Below are positions 28,281-37,004 of a stretch of DNA of 64,000 nt, piece by piece. Origin of the DNA: Halobacteriales archaeon (lineage in GTDB: Archaea > Halobacteriota > Halobacteria > Halobacteriales > SKSH01). The DNA is taken from NCBI GenBank assembly GCA_046543335.1, contig JBKGZP010000004.1, positions 5,620-69,619 of the forward strand. The letters run 5' to 3'. The translations under genes and the position numbers were made by a program. The notes below the pieces were generated by a model, which was not told the DNA's origin, did no database searches, and was given only the letters and a program-made list of their open reading frames with translations. Positions within the stretch are counted from its first letter, which is position 1, and the number at the start of each line of letters is the position of its first letter.

Positions 28281-30062
28281 TCAGTCCATCGGTCGCTCGA
28301 GCGCCGACGCCTCGGCCTCGGCGACGGCGCGGTCGTAGCCGGCGTCTGCGTGGCGGAGGACGCCGAGGCCGGGGTCGGTGGTGAAGACGCGTCGCGCCTT
28401 CGTCGCCGCGAGGTCGGTCCCGTCGAGGACCACGTGGTTGTTGGCGTGCACGGCGTAGCCGATGCCGACGCCGCCGCCGTCGTGCACCGAGACGATGTCG
28501 GCCCCGGCGGCGCAGTTGAGCAGCGCGTTGAGGATCGGCCAGTCGGCGACGGCGTCCGACCCGTCGCGCATCGCCTCGGTCTCGCGGTTCGGCGAGGCGA
28601 CGCTGCCGGCGTCGAGGTGGTCGCGGGTGACGACGACCGGGGCGGCGAGGTCGCCATCGGCGACGAGGTCGTTGATCGCCAGGGCGAACTGTGCCCGTTC
28701 GGACAGCGCCTCGCGGGGCGCGTCGGCGACCGCACCGCCGACGTCGGCGTCGAAGCCGAGCCAGCAGACCCGGCTTGGCAGGCCCTGGAAGGCGACCTCC
28801 TCCTGCGCCAGGTCGATCCACCGGTGGAGGTGGTCCTTCTCGGGGAAGAGCCCCTTGATGACCGCGTCGGTCGTGTGGATGTCCGCGGGGTCCCCGGAGA
28901 GGGCGACCCACCGGAACGGTCCCTTGCCCTGGCAGAACTGCGGGCGGATGTACGCTGGGACGAACCCGGGGAAGTCGAAGGCCGACGCGAGGTCGCGGTG
29001 GTCGTGTACCTGCCCGCGGATGTTGTTGCCGTACTCGAACGCGACCGCGCCGCGGTCCTGATGCTCGAGGATCGCCTCCACGTGGCGTCGCATCGTGTCG
29101 AGCGCCTCCATCGCGTAGCGGTCCGGGTCGCGCTCGCGGAGTCGGTCGGCCTCGTCGACGGCGAACCCGCTCGGGTAGTACTCGAGCTCGTCGTGCGCGC
29201 TGGTCTGGTCCGTCACGACGTCGGGGACGACGCCGCGGTCGATGAGCGCCTCGAGCATGTCGGCGGCGTTCATGTGGACGCCGACGCCGAGGGGTTCGCC
29301 CGCCTCGATCGACCCCTCGACCAGCGACAGCGCCTCGTCGAGGTCGGCGGCCTTCGCGTCGCAGTAGCCCGTCTCGAGGCGACGGTCGATGCGCGCCTCG
29401 TCGACCTCGGCGGCCAGGCACACGCCCTGGTTCATCGTCACCGCCAGCGGTTGGGCACCGCCCATGCCGCCGAGGCCGCCCGTGACGACGAGGCGCCCCT
29501 CGAGCGTACCGTCGAACTCTCGCCGCGCCAGCTCCGCGAGCGTCTCGTAGGTCCCCTGGATGATGCCCTGGGTGCCGATGTACGCCCACGACCCGGCGGT
29601 CATCTGGCCGTACATGATGAGCCCCTTCGCCTCGAGCTCGTGGAAGTGCTCCCAGGTGTCCCACCGACCCACGAGGTTCGAGTTGGCGATGAGCACGCGG
29701 GGGGCCAGCTCGTGCGTGTCGAACCGACCGACGGGTTTGCCGCTTTGGACGAGCAGCGTCTCGTCGTCGCGCAGGTCGATCAGCGCCTCGACGATCGCCT
29801 CGTAGGCGGCCCAGGAGCGTGCGGCTCGTCCGCTGCCACCGTAGACGACGAGGTTCTCTGGGTCCTCGCCCACGTCGGGGTCGAGGTTGTTGTTCAACAG
29901 GCGCAGCGCCGCCTCCTGACGCCACCCTCGACACTCGAGCTCGGGGCCGGTTCTGGCCCCCCGGTAGTGCTCCCGCCAGACCTCGCTCACCGCGTCGACG
30001 TCGTCCGACGTCGCCTCCGCGTCCCTTCGGGCCATGCCGGGCGGTTCGACCGCGGTGGCCAT
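28281..30062 (-). CDS. hutU: Urocanate hydratase
   Basis: [53 protein letters not shown]; start at 30062 or 30035. Confidence 0.96.
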   Translation of the reverse strand: MATAVEPPGMARRDAEATSDDVDAVSEVWREHYRGARTGPELECRGWRQEAALRLLNNNLDPDVGEDPENLVVYGGSGRAARSWAAYEAIVEALIDLRDDETLLVQSGKPVGRFDTHELAPRVLIANSNLVGRWDTWEHFHELEAKGLIMYGQMTAGSWAYIGTQGIIQGTYETLAELARREFDGTLEGRLVVTGGLGGMGGAQPLAVTMNQGVCLAAEVDEARIDRRLETGYCDAKAADLDEALSLVEGSIEAGEPLGVGVHMNAADMLEALIDRGVVPDVVTDQTSAHDELEYYPSGFAVDEADRLRERDPDRYAMEALDTMRRHVEAILEHQDRGAVAFEYGNNIRGQVHDHRDLASAFDFPGFVPAYIRPQFCQGKGPFRWVALSGDPADIHTTDAVIKGLFPEKDHLHRWIDLAQEEVAFQGLPSRVCWLGFDADVGGAVADAPREALSERAQFALAINDLVADGDLAAPVVVTRDHLDAGSVASPNRETEAMRDGSDAVADWPILNALLNCAAGADIVSVHDGGGVGIGYAVHANNHVVLDGTDLAATKARRVFTTDPGLGVLRHADAGYDRAVAEAEASALERPMD

Positions 30063-30082
30063 AGCCTCTTGGCCGACCTGGC

Positions 30083-31069
30083 CTACGACGCGCGGGCCAG
30101 TGGCTCGTACCAGTCGCGGTTCGCCCGGTACCACTCGATGAAGTCGACGACGCCCTCGCGAATCCCGACGGTTGGCTCGTACCCGAGCAGGGTCGCCGCT
30201 CGCGAGACGTCGGCGTGGGTGTGCTCCGCGTCGCCCGGTGGGCGCTCCTCGAACGCGATTGGCAGGTCGGGGTCGACCGCGTCGCGAACGTGCTCGGCGA
30301 GCTCGAGCACGGTGATGTTGCCCCCGGAGCCGACGTTCACGACCGAACCGTCCGCGGCGTCTTCGGCGAGCAGCGTCCGGTTCACGGCAACGACGTCGTC
30401 GACGTGCGTGAAGTCGCGCGTCTGGGAGCCGTCCCCGTAGACGACGGGCGATTCGCCGTTCACACACCGCGAGACGAAGTTGGAGATGGCCATGTTGGGC
30501 CGCATTCGGGGCCCGTAGACCGTGAAGTACCGGAGCGAGACGACGGGCAGGCCGAACGTCTCGTGGTAGCTGCGGCCGTAGTGCTCGCTCGCGAGCTTCG
30601 ACGCGCCGTACGGGTTTACCGGGCGCGTCGGGTGGTCCTCGTCGTACGGGAGGTACGCCGTCTGGCCGTAGACGGACGAACTGCTCGCGAGGACCACCCG
30701 CTCGACACCAGCCGTCCGGGCGGCCTCGAGGACGTTCAGCGTGCCCAGCACGTTGACCTCCATGGGCTTGTGCGGGTCCTCGAGGCTTGCACGCACGCCC
30801 GCCTGGGCGGCCTCGTGGAAGACGACGTCCGCCTCCGCCACCGACCGCTCGACGAGGTCCCGGTCGCGCACGTCGCCCTCGACGAAGGCGTACGTCCCCT
30901 CGGCATCGGTCGCGGCCGCATGGGCGACCTCGAGGGTACGCTCCTTGATGCGGACGTCGTAGAAGGGATCCAGGTTGTCGAGGACGGTGACCTGGTGGCC
31001 CGCGTCGACGAACGCCTCGGCGAGGTGGCCACCGATGAAGCCAGCGCCGCCGGTCACCAGCACGCGCAT
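30083..31069 (-). CDS. NAD-dependent nucleotide-sugar epimerase/dehydratase (GalE-like)
   Basis: [29 protein letters not shown]. Confidence 0.9.
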   Translation of the reverse strand: MRVLVTGGAGFIGGHLAEAFVDAGHQVTVLDNLDPFYDVRIKERTLEVAHAAATDAEGTYAFVEGDVRDRDLVERSVAEADVVFHEAAQAGVRASLEDPHKPMEVNVLGTLNVLEAARTAGVERVVLASSSSVYGQTAYLPYDEDHPTRPVNPYGASKLASEHYGRSYHETFGLPVVSLRYFTVYGPRMRPNMAISNFVSRCVNGESPVVYGDGSQTRDFTHVDDVVAVNRTLLAEDAADGSVVNVGSGGNITVLELAEHVRDAVDPDLPIAFEERPPGDAEHTHADVSRAATLLGYEPTVGIREGVVDFIEWYRANRDWYEPLARAS

Positions 31070-31121
31070 GGCTCCGATGCCGTGGGTCGAGTGCAAAAAT
31101 CCGCCGGAAGCTGTCGGCGGC

Positions 31122-31823
31122 TCAGGCGTCGACGAGGCGGTCGGCCCGGGTGAGATCGGCGGGCGTGTTGACGTTCACCCGCTCGCCGTCGAACGGAACG
31201 GCGCGGATGCGGTACCCGGCGCGAACGAGCAGGTCGACGGCGTCGGCGAGCTCGCACTCGCCACGGTCGGAGGGGGTGACCAGGTGACACGCGTGCACGG
31301 CCTCGGCGGGGAGCGCGTAGACGCCGGTCGTCACCAGGGTCGTAGACGGCTCCTCGGGCCGTTCACCGGCGCGCACCACGTGGTCGCCCCCGACCTCGAC
31401 GACGCCCGTTCTCCTGGCGGTTTTGCGGTCGGCCACCTCGACGAGGAGCGCACCGTCGTCGTCGAAGAGTTCGCGTCGACCGTCGTCGAGGCCTTCGCCG
31501 AAGACGTTGTCGCCGTTGACGAGCAGGAAGTCCCCCTCGAGGGCGGTGCCCGCCTTGGCGACCGCGTCGGCCAACCCGCGGCGCTCGGGCTGTTCGACGT
31601 ATCGAATCGGCCGTCCGGCGTGGGTGGCGCCGAGACGCGCTCGAAGCTCGTCGCCCCGGTAGCCCGTCACGACGACCAACCGGTCCGCGCCGAGGCGTAC
31701 GGCGGCAGCCATGGCGTACTCGATTAGTGGTCGACCCGCGACGGGGACGAGCCCCTTCGGTCGTGTCGACGTCAGTGCGCCCATCCGCGAGCCCCGACCG
31801 GCGGCGGGGATGACCGCCTGCAT
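31122..31823 (-). CDS. Sugar-phosphate nucleotidyltransferase (AglF paralog)
   Basis: MQAVIPAAGRGSRM..PKGLV, NGDN, ACHLVTPSDRGE. Confidence 0.88.
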   Translation of the reverse strand: MQAVIPAAGRGSRMGALTSTRPKGLVPVAGRPLIEYAMAAAVRLGADRLVVVTGYRGDELRARLGATHAGRPIRYVEQPERRGLADAVAKAGTALEGDFLLVNGDNVFGEGLDDGRRELFDDDGALLVEVADRKTARRTGVVEVGGDHVVRAGERPEEPSTTLVTTGVYALPAEAVHACHLVTPSDRGECELADAVDLLVRAGYRIRAVPFDGERVNVNTPADLTRADRLVDA

Positions 31824-31915
31824 GGCCGCTCCTCCCGGTAGGGGAAGTTCAAGGTATCGACCGTGGGCGTTTCTGGCCGATATCAATAATGATAACGTTA
31901 GGCCAACGCTTATAT

Positions 31916-32140
31916 GTCGGTGTCGGTGATGATCGAATGCTGAGGTCCCGCCAGGGATCCTCGGTATCCGAGGCACACCGGTTCCCCCCCCACCCGGTGT
32001 TCGACCGACAGGGGCCACCGTCTGGTGGTCTACCAAACGTCACGCCACGCACTGATCGACGCCGGCGGTACCCCTTTTGGTACCGCCAACCCCCCTTCGA
32101 CCAAGCCTCCGAGCGGTCGCGCCGTCCCCATTGCGACCAA
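31916..32140 (+). ncRNA. Candidate structured small RNA (tandem hairpins; C/D-box-like words)
   Basis: Six consecutive hairpins downstream of a CTTATATG TATA box (31909-31916); the ORFs here lack the acidic haloarchaeal composition. Confidence 0.4.
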
Positions 32141-32221
32141 CCACCGGTCGGGCCATCGACGGACTCGTCCCGGGATGCGAAATGGCAGCCTTGATGGTCA
32201 CGCCCATTCGACGGTCGACGG

Positions 32222-32704
32222 ATGGCGCGCGCGCCACATCGGTCCCACCTCCAACTGCTCGCCGGCGCCCTGGTCATGGTGGTCGCGCTGTTGCACCTCC
32301 TCCATGAGCGTGCCGGCTTCCCCCGCCTCGTGGTCCTCGTCTCGGTCGGCCAGCCGCTACTTGACCCGAGACCGCTCGCGTTCACCCTGCTGGGCACGGC
32401 GTTGATCGTTGGGGTGCTCGCCACGTGGAACGGCTACCTCGACCGGCGAGGGGCCTACCTGGCGGGCATCGTCGCCATGGGTGTCCTGCTCATCGGTTAC
32501 GTCCTCTGGCACCTGACCGGCCACGGCGCCTTCTGGCCCTACCATCCGGGTGAGGCCGAGTTGCACCCCGGTAACCCCGTGGTCGTGATCCTCGACCACC
32601 TCCGGATCAACCCCTGGGAGCTCGCCTCGAAGCTGAGCGAGCTGACGGCACTCGCCCTCCTCGGTTACCTCCACGCGACCGACGACCGTCGGGGTCGAGG
32701 GTGA
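32222..32704 (+). CDS. Hypothetical membrane protein
   Basis: About 4 TMs, several His residues, LDPRP, SKLSE. Confidence 0.7.
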   Translation: MARAPHRSHLQLLAGALVMVVALLHLLHERAGFPRLVVLVSVGQPLLDPRPLAFTLLGTALIVGVLATWNGYLDRRGAYLAGIVAMGVLLIGYVLWHLTGHGAFWPYHPGEAELHPGNPVVVILDHLRINPWELASKLSELTALALLGYLHATDDRRGRG

Positions 32705-32757
32705 CGGGCATCGCGGATTATTTGTAGGTCCGTCTGCTTTCGTCGGGTGTTCAACGC

Positions 32758-34152
32758 GTGTCCAACCCCGCCGTCCGCGCCACCGGGCTCGACCGCTTCA
32801 TGACGCCCGCCCTCGCGGTGACGGTCGTCGCCGTCTACGGGCTCATCCTCACCGGAGCGACGGCCTCGCTCGTCGACGCCGGCGGCGCGTGTTCGACCTG
32901 GCCCGCCTGCACCGGGGCCGACCCCTTCGCCTCGACGACCGTCCTCGTCGCCATGGGCCACCGCGTGGCGACGCTGCTCGTCGGCCTCGCGGTGCTGGCC
33001 CTGACCGTCGCCGTGTGGGCCGAGTCCGTCCCCGGGGGTGTCCGGTGGTCGGTCACGCTTGCCGCCGGGCTCTTTCCCGTCCAGGTCGCGATGGGGGCGG
33101 TGACCGCCGTCACCGGCGGTTCGGACGCCCTCGCCCTCGCCCACCTGACCGTCGCGATGGCGATCTTTGCCGCCGTGCTGGCCGCACTCGTCCGCTGGCT
33201 CGAGTGGGAGACGCGCGACGTCGACGCCAGCTACGATTCGCCAACGGTGGGTTCCGATCCCGCGCCGGCATCTCCCGATTCGCGCGGGACCCTCCGGGCG
33301 TACCTCGAGCTGACCAAGCCCCGGCTCATGTGGCTGCTTTGCGCCGTCGCGCTCGCGGGTGTCGGCCTCGCCGTTGGATCGACCGCGGCGGACGTCTCCG
33401 CGTGGACGGTGCTCGGGACGCTGCTCGGGGGCGTGCTCGCGATCGGCGCCAGCGGCACCTTCAACCACGTCCTCGAGCGCGACGTCGACCGGCGGATGGC
33501 GCGCACCGCCGATCGACCCGTCGCCACCGACCTCGTCGGGACCCGTCGCGCGCTCGCCTTCGGGGTCGCCCTCGCCGCCGCGTCGCTGGGGGTGTTCCTC
33601 TGGCTCGTCAACCCGCTCAGCGCGGCCCTCGGGCTCGTCGCGATCGCCTTCTACAGCGTCGTCTACACGGTCGTGCTGAAGCCTCACACCACCCAGAACA
33701 TCGTGCTCGGTGGCGCCGTCGGCGCCTTCCCCGCGCTGATCGGCTGGGCAGCGGTCACGGGTTCCATCGGCCTGCCCGCGCTCGTCCTCGGGGCGATCAT
33801 CTTCCTGTGGACGCCCGCGCACTTTTACAACCTGGCGCTGGCGTATCGCCGCGACTACGCCCGAGGTGGGTTCCCGATGCTGCCGGTCGTCCGCGGCGCG
33901 TGGACGACGCAGCGACACATCGCCGCCTACCTCGGGGCGACCCTGGTCGCGGTCGCCGTCCTCGGTGCGGTCTCGTCGCTCGGCTGGCTGTACGTGGCGA
34001 CCGGCGTCATCTTCGCGGCGGCGTTCCTGTGGGCGGTGGTCGACCTGTACCGGCACCGAACCCATGCCGCCGCGATGCGAGCGTTCGTCGCCTCGAACGC
34101 CTTCCTCGGGGCGCTGATGCTCGTCATCGTCGTCGAGACGCTCCTCCTCTGA
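32758..34152 (+). CDS. ctaB: Protoheme IX farnesyltransferase (heme O synthase) with N-terminal CtaA/COX15-like domain
   Basis: GACSTWPAC + HR N-terminal domain; LTKPR, NHVLERDVDRRMARTADRP, WTPAHF, DYARGGFPMLP. Confidence 0.93.
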   Translation: MSNPAVRATGLDRFMTPALAVTVVAVYGLILTGATASLVDAGGACSTWPACTGADPFASTTVLVAMGHRVATLLVGLAVLALTVAVWAESVPGGVRWSVTLAAGLFPVQVAMGAVTAVTGGSDALALAHLTVAMAIFAAVLAALVRWLEWETRDVDASYDSPTVGSDPAPASPDSRGTLRAYLELTKPRLMWLLCAVALAGVGLAVGSTAADVSAWTVLGTLLGGVLAIGASGTFNHVLERDVDRRMARTADRPVATDLVGTRRALAFGVALAAASLGVFLWLVNPLSAALGLVAIAFYSVVYTVVLKPHTTQNIVLGGAVGAFPALIGWAAVTGSIGLPALVLGAIIFLWTPAHFYNLALAYRRDYARGGFPMLPVVRGAWTTQRHIAAYLGATLVAVAVLGAVSSLGWLYVATGVIFAAAFLWAVVDLYRHRTHAAAMRAFVASNAFLGALMLVIVVETLLL

Positions 34153-34154
34153 CG

Positions 34155-34874
34155 GTGACGCCCGACCAGCCCGTCTCCGTGGACGCGCTGCGCTCGCGGC
34201 TGGCGGACCCCCGGCTGCGGTGGTGGCTCGTCTTCTGGGCCACGGTCGCCTTCGTCGAGTTCGCCCTCGTGGCGCTGTACCTGCGGTTCGGCCGCGCCGA
34301 GCTCGAGTCGCTTCGGTACCACGTCTACCCGTTCGTCTGGATCAACGTCGCGCTGTTCGCCGTCTTGCGGTCCCGACCGGTTCGCGCGTCCGGGCGGGCG
34401 CGGGTGCTCGCCGCCGGCGTCGCCTTGGCGTACTTCGGCCTGCTGCTGTGGCTGCCCGGCAACCTCTCGTACGACCCCGCCGGCGCGCTGGGGACGGGCG
34501 TCGAGTGGCGCATGACCGTCCCCGGCTGGGGGCCCGTCCTGTCGTTCGAGGGCGCGGCCGTGCGGTTGCGCCTGGTGCCCTTCGAGACCATCGGCTACGC
34601 CGGTCTCGCGTACCTGGTCTACCTCAACGTGCTGCTCGTCTCGCGGACGTCGCTGGCCGCGCTGGCGGCCGTCGGCACCTGCGTCGGGTGCACCGTGCCG
34701 GTGCTCGTGCCCCTCCTCGGGGTGCTCGGCGGGGCGGGGTCGTCGCTGGCGTCGACGGCGTACGCGTGGTCCTACGACGTGGGCACCGTGCTGTTCGTCG
34801 TCGTGGCGGCCGTGTTGCTGTGGAGCCAGCTCTCCGGCCGCCCCGGCGCGCCGACGGCCGCCGGCCAAGGCTGA
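34155..34874 (+). CDS. Uncharacterised membrane protein with CxxC motif
   Basis: GTG 2 nt after the ctaB stop; YPFVWINV, PGWGP, TCVGCTVP. Confidence 0.75.
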   Translation: MTPDQPVSVDALRSRLADPRLRWWLVFWATVAFVEFALVALYLRFGRAELESLRYHVYPFVWINVALFAVLRSRPVRASGRARVLAAGVALAYFGLLLWLPGNLSYDPAGALGTGVEWRMTVPGWGPVLSFEGAAVRLRLVPFETIGYAGLAYLVYLNVLLVSRTSLAALAAVGTCVGCTVPVLVPLLGVLGGAGSSLASTAYAWSYDVGTVLFVVVAAVLLWSQLSGRPGAPTAAGQG

Positions 34875-34901
34875 AATACGCCGCCCGCCGAGACCCCGTC
34901 A

Positions 34902-35492
34902 ATGGCCGCCGCCGTCGCCGACGGCCTCATCGTCGCCATGCAGCTGTCCGTGCTCGACGCGGCCTTCTACGTGTTCGTGATCGGCTTGCTGCTCATGATG
35001 ACGGGTGCCTTCGGCGAGGCAAACCTCGCCCTCGTCGGCATCGCCGTCTCGCTCGTCGGGCTCGCGGGGATGGCCCTCGGGCCGTACTCCACGCCCCTCG
35101 TGCTCGGTGCGCTCGTGCCCATCGTCGGCTTCGTGCTGATCTACCTCTACCGTTACGTGGAGTTCCCTCGCACGACGTCGCCCAAGCAGACCACCGCCGT
35201 CGAGCACCTCCGTGGCCGCGTGGGGCGCGTCACGGAGACGGCGACCCCCCACGGCGGGACCATCCACCTCCGCGGGGGTGGCTTCGACCCCAATTTCCGG
35301 TGTCGCACCCGTGCGGGGACGATCCCGGCGGGCGAGCGCGCCGTGGTGGTCGACCCGGGCGGGGGGAACGTCCTCACGGTCGCGCCGGAGGGGAGCGTCG
35401 ATCCCGCCACGCTCGAGTCGGCCGACGGTGAGGTCGGCTGGGCTGCCATCCACCGCCTGCGCAAGGCGGTGCACCGACGCCTGCGCGGGTGA
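34902..35492 (+). CDS. NfeD family membrane protein
   Basis: N-terminal TMs plus OB-fold GRVGRVTE...VVDPGGGNVLTV. Confidence 0.82.
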   Translation: MAAAVADGLIVAMQLSVLDAAFYVFVIGLLLMMTGAFGEANLALVGIAVSLVGLAGMALGPYSTPLVLGALVPIVGFVLIYLYRYVEFPRTTSPKQTTAVEHLRGRVGRVTETATPHGGTIHLRGGGFDPNFRCRTRAGTIPAGERAVVVDPGGGNVLTVAPEGSVDPATLESADGEVGWAAIHRLRKAVHRRLRG

Positions 35493-35540
35493 CCTGGCGA
35501 ACCGAACCCTTCAGGTACCCGGGTCGCGCCCACTCGGGTC

Positions 35541-36521
35541 GTGAAGCGACGGACGGGGACGGGACGGACCCCCAGCGACGATCCCGGCCACACTTCGCAC
35601 GAGGTTATCCACCGGGCGGGCCCGACGGCACTTCGTCGCTACGCGCCGACGACGTCGTCCGACGCGGTGCCGCTGCTCGTCGTCTACGCGATATTCAACC
35701 GGCCGTGGATCCTCGACCTCGGCCCCGATCGGAGCGTGGTGGAGACGTTCGTCGCGTCGGGTCGGCCGACGTTCGTGCTCGACTGGGGCCGCCCGACGGC
35801 CCTCGACGGCCACCTCGGCCTGGCTGACTACGTCGGTCGGTACCTTCGCGAAGCCGTCGACGCGGTCGCCCGGTCCACGGGCCACGAGGTGGTCGACCTC
35901 CTCGGCTACTCCACGGGCGGGACGCTCGCTGCGTGTCTCGCCGGTGCCCGACCGGGGCGGGTGCGCTCGCTCGCCCTCGTCGCGAGCCCGATCGGCTTCG
36001 ACGTCGACGACCACCGCCTGGCGGACCTTCGCGACGGGGCGGTCCCCGACGGTCTCGTGCGTCGAGGCCGGATGGCTCCCGGCCCGCTCGTCGCGGGTGC
36101 GCTCGCCTCCGTCGATCCCGTGCACTTCCTCCTCGGGCGGTACCTCGAACTGGCCGCCGCGCCGACGCCCACGCGGTTGGCGCGACTCGCCTGGAGCGCC
36201 GACCCCGTCGACGTCCCGGGGACCCTCCAGGCGGACCTCCTGGAGCTGGCGCGAGACGACGCCCTCATCGGGGGCGAGGCGACCCTCGGCGGTGACCGGG
36301 TCGACCTCGAGCGCCTCGAGGCGCCCGTCGCGACCGCCGTCGGCGCGCGCGACCGCCTCGTGCCCGCCGCGTCGACCGAGGCGGTCCACCACGCGGCCGG
36401 GGGCCCGGGGCACCGCTTCGTCGCCCCGACGGACCACCTCGGCCTGGTCAGCGAGCCCGTCGCCTTCGAGACGCTGTGGCCCCAGTTTGCCTCGTGGTAC
36501 GACCGACTCGGTGCCGCCTGA
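35541..36521 (+). CDS. PhaC (class III PHA synthase)-like alpha/beta hydrolase with Ser nucleophile
   Basis: PLLVVYAIFNRPWILDL..RSVV..LDWG; GYSTGG; GARDRLVP; DHLGL. Confidence 0.8.
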   Translation: MKRRTGTGRTPSDDPGHTSHEVIHRAGPTALRRYAPTTSSDAVPLLVVYAIFNRPWILDLGPDRSVVETFVASGRPTFVLDWGRPTALDGHLGLADYVGRYLREAVDAVARSTGHEVVDLLGYSTGGTLAACLAGARPGRVRSLALVASPIGFDVDDHRLADLRDGAVPDGLVRRGRMAPGPLVAGALASVDPVHFLLGRYLELAAAPTPTRLARLAWSADPVDVPGTLQADLLELARDDALIGGEATLGGDRVDLERLEAPVATAVGARDRLVPAASTEAVHHAAGGPGHRFVAPTDHLGLVSEPVAFETLWPQFASWYDRLGAA

Positions 36522-36559
36522 GCCGGAACGCGCAAGGGCCCCGTCGGCGAGACCACACC

Positions 36560-36946
36560 ATGGCCACGATCCCGGAGGCGTATCACGACCTCTTCGACCG
36601 CGAGACGATCGCCCACGTCGCCACGCTGACGCCCGCCGGTGCGCCCCACGTGACGCCCGTCTGGATCGACTACGATCCGGACGGGAACCGGCTGTCGGTC
36701 AACACGGAGGTCGGCCGGCGCAAGGAGCGAAACGTCCGCCGGAACCCAACCGTCGGCCTCAGCATGGTCGACCCCGACGACCCGTACCGGTCGCTGTCGG
36801 TCATCGGCACCGTTACCGAGATGACGACCGAGGGTGCCACCGCGCACATCGACGCCATGTCCGAGCGCTACCTCGGCGAGCCGTATCCGAACGCGATCGA
36901 GACCGAGCGGGTCGTCCTCTGCATCCGCCCGGACGAGGTCTTCTGA
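36560..36946 (+). CDS. PPOX-class F420/FMN-dependent split-barrel oxidoreductase
   Basis: AHVATL..GAPHVTPVW..RRKERNVRRNP. Confidence 0.88.
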   Translation: MATIPEAYHDLFDRETIAHVATLTPAGAPHVTPVWIDYDPDGNRLSVNTEVGRRKERNVRRNPTVGLSMVDPDDPYRSLSVIGTVTEMTTEGATAHIDAMSERYLGEPYPNAIETERVVLCIRPDEVF

Positions 36947-37004
36947 GGCGACGAATCGAACCGACCTTGTGAGTCGACACCGGAGTACTCCCTGACGCCG
37001 AGCC

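Noticed and set aside
27745-30440. Long overlapping or antisense ORFs (e.g. 27745-29934, 28350-30440; likewise 24291-27071, 40581-42833, 53206-55284)
   Set aside because: These are shadow frames of real genes caused by high GC and codon bias. They are Arg/Pro-rich or antisense mirrors with no recognisable motifs.
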